A DNA stretch of 64,000 bases from NCBI GenBank assembly GCA_039715015.1, contig JBDLIE010000010.1, forward strand, positions 9,514 to 73,513, given 5' to 3'. The stretch comes from Thermodesulfobacteriota bacterium. Lineage in GTDB: Bacteria > Desulfobacterota > Desulfobulbia > Desulfobulbales > SURF-16. Positions within the stretch are counted from its first letter, which is position 1. Each line of letters opens with the position of its first letter. The position numbers and the translations under genes are program-made. A model generated the notes under the pieces. It had not been told where the DNA came from and did not search any database. It saw nothing but the letters and a program-made list of their open reading frames with translations. Positions 62,778 through 64,000 of this stretch are shown one piece after another.

Positions 62778-64000
62778 CTAACAGTTGCTGCCCGTTTTTT
62801 TCTTACGTTTTTGGATTCTCTGAAAACTCTTTTCCATCTCTTCCAAGACTTCAGGATGGAGCCTTCGGTAGTTTTGTTGCTCTTGACGAATACGGCTGAT
62901 TACGTCTTCCACGGATTGCCGAGTAAGACGGATACCTATGCTATGATCGCCCTGGCCATACATCCGTTCGACCATGAGCTGGCCAAAGGCCTCTGAAAAA
63001 TGGGTGGAATCGATGTACCATTTCATTCTGCCGCCAGCCACGGGAAAATCTTCCATGGTATGGGCGCTGTAGCCGCTGAAATCCCAAAGTTCGATGGCTG
63101 ACCCGGGATGACTTCTTTTAACCTCGGCAATGACATCCACCATATCCCGCTTCCACTGTTCATACTGTTGCCAATGCCCGGCAGCACTGAGGGCCTCCAT
63201 GAGCCTGGCATGGGCCGGTGGCACAAAGAGTTTGATTTCAATGTCGTGGGCCACCGCTCGCTCAAGCAACTCGGTTAATATTGCCATGCTGTCAAAGCGA
63301 CCTTGTTTGTAGGTGTAGGCGTTTGATTTGCATGGCGACCAGATAATATCCATAAAGGAGTCGGCAAAGCGCTTAAAGCGGCCCTGATAGCCCTTTTTTT
63401 GGGACTTGGCTGTCTCGCGCTCACTGTTCATCTGGCCGCTGGCCCGATACTTGTCATGTTTGGGGCGTTGTCTCGTCAGGGTATAGAGGCTGGAACCGGT
63501 AATGTTAAAGGAGAAAAGGGTGTAGGCAGCCTGGTTTAGAAGGATCTCCAGATCATTATTATACTGGGCAAGGGCCTGGGGCGACGAGTAGGAACCCAAG
63601 GTGTGGCCGTTGAACATAAAAAAATCAGCACCGATGATCACGCTTTTGATGGGAGCCACGAGGGTGGCATGGTGGAGGATCTCTGCCACCTCGGTAAGAC
63701 GGGCGCCGCTCACCGCGCCATTCATGCCCGGTCCTGTATGCTTTCCCCAGCCGGCCTCGCTGATGGGGATGCCAATCTCAGTGCGTGAAGAGCCAAGGGC
63801 CAGCCGCTCATAGGGCCGGGCCTTAAGCCACAGAGGTTTGGCCAGGCGTGAGTATTTGTCGAGACGGGGCTTGATCTCGTTAAAACCAGGGATGCGGACC
63901 AGGCGGTAGATGTCTAAGGGGTCGACAACGGCGTTGAAAAGGGCAACCCCCAGGAGGCCGGTGAGGATGAGCAGCAATGTTTTTTTGACGTATCTCTTCA
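62778..64000 (-). CDS. Hypothetical membrane-anchored protein (SGNH/DltD-like, possibly polysaccharide acylation); 5' end at the window edge
   Basis: N-terminal TM then VDP, LGSSR, WDFS, YIDSTH motifs. Confidence 0.6.
   Translation of the reverse strand, partial: KRYVKKTLLLILTGLLGVALFNAVVDPLDIYRLVRIPGFNEIKPRLDKYSRLAKPLWLKARPYERLALGSSRTEIGIPISEAGWGKHTGPGMNGAVSGARLTEVAEILHHATLVAPIKSVIIGADFFMFNGHTLGSYSSPQALAQYNNDLEILLNQAAYTLFSFNITGSSLYTLTRQRPKHDKYRASGQMNSERETAKSQKKGYQGRFKRFADSFMDIIWSPCKSNAYTYKQGRFDSMAILTELLERAVAHDIEIKLFVPPAHARLMEALSAAGHWQQYEQWKRDMVDVIAEVKRSHPGSAIELWDFSGYSAHTMEDFPVAGGRMKWYIDSTHFSEAFGQLMVERMYGQGDHSIGIRLTRQSVEDVISRIRQEQQNYRRLHPEVLEEMEKSFQRIQKRKKKTGSNC

Overview
A 64-kb chromosomal segment from a sulfur-cycling deltaproteobacterium. 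Desulfobulbales-like is my inference, from a two-Cys DsrC and the gene content. It lies near the replication origin: an AT-rich oriC candidate precedes dnaN-gyrB-gyrA (no adjacent dnaA or recF), and parS-parA-parB lies about 19 kb further on. Housekeeping content includes pstSCAB-phoU-phoB, msrAB, pyrK-pyrD, dsrC, ligA, birA, rlmKL, panE, clpS-clpA, holA, nfo, dinB, an nth-xth fusion and a carbonic anhydrase-SulP pair. The main discovery is hidden selenocysteine (UGA) recoding that the ORF track misses. First, a roughly 2.8-kb integrase-less island in tRNA-Pro(UGG) carries an ArsR-regulated operon with four in-frame-UGA genes: LULSEC, HIGNPAUxxC, a frameshifted DsrE-like UGVC gene and a TsoY-like membrane protein. 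It resembles the described Tso selenoprotein operon. Second, an unannotated 53-aa two-helix membrane microprotein with a CIPU (CxxU) motif lies directly upstream of mtnA. All five UGAs are followed by SECIS-like hairpins, and three place a GGU loop at exactly +22..+24. A 26-bp hairpin element inserted into the duplicated tRNA fragment recurs about 59 kb away. All calls are from reading the sequence only; no database searches were run.
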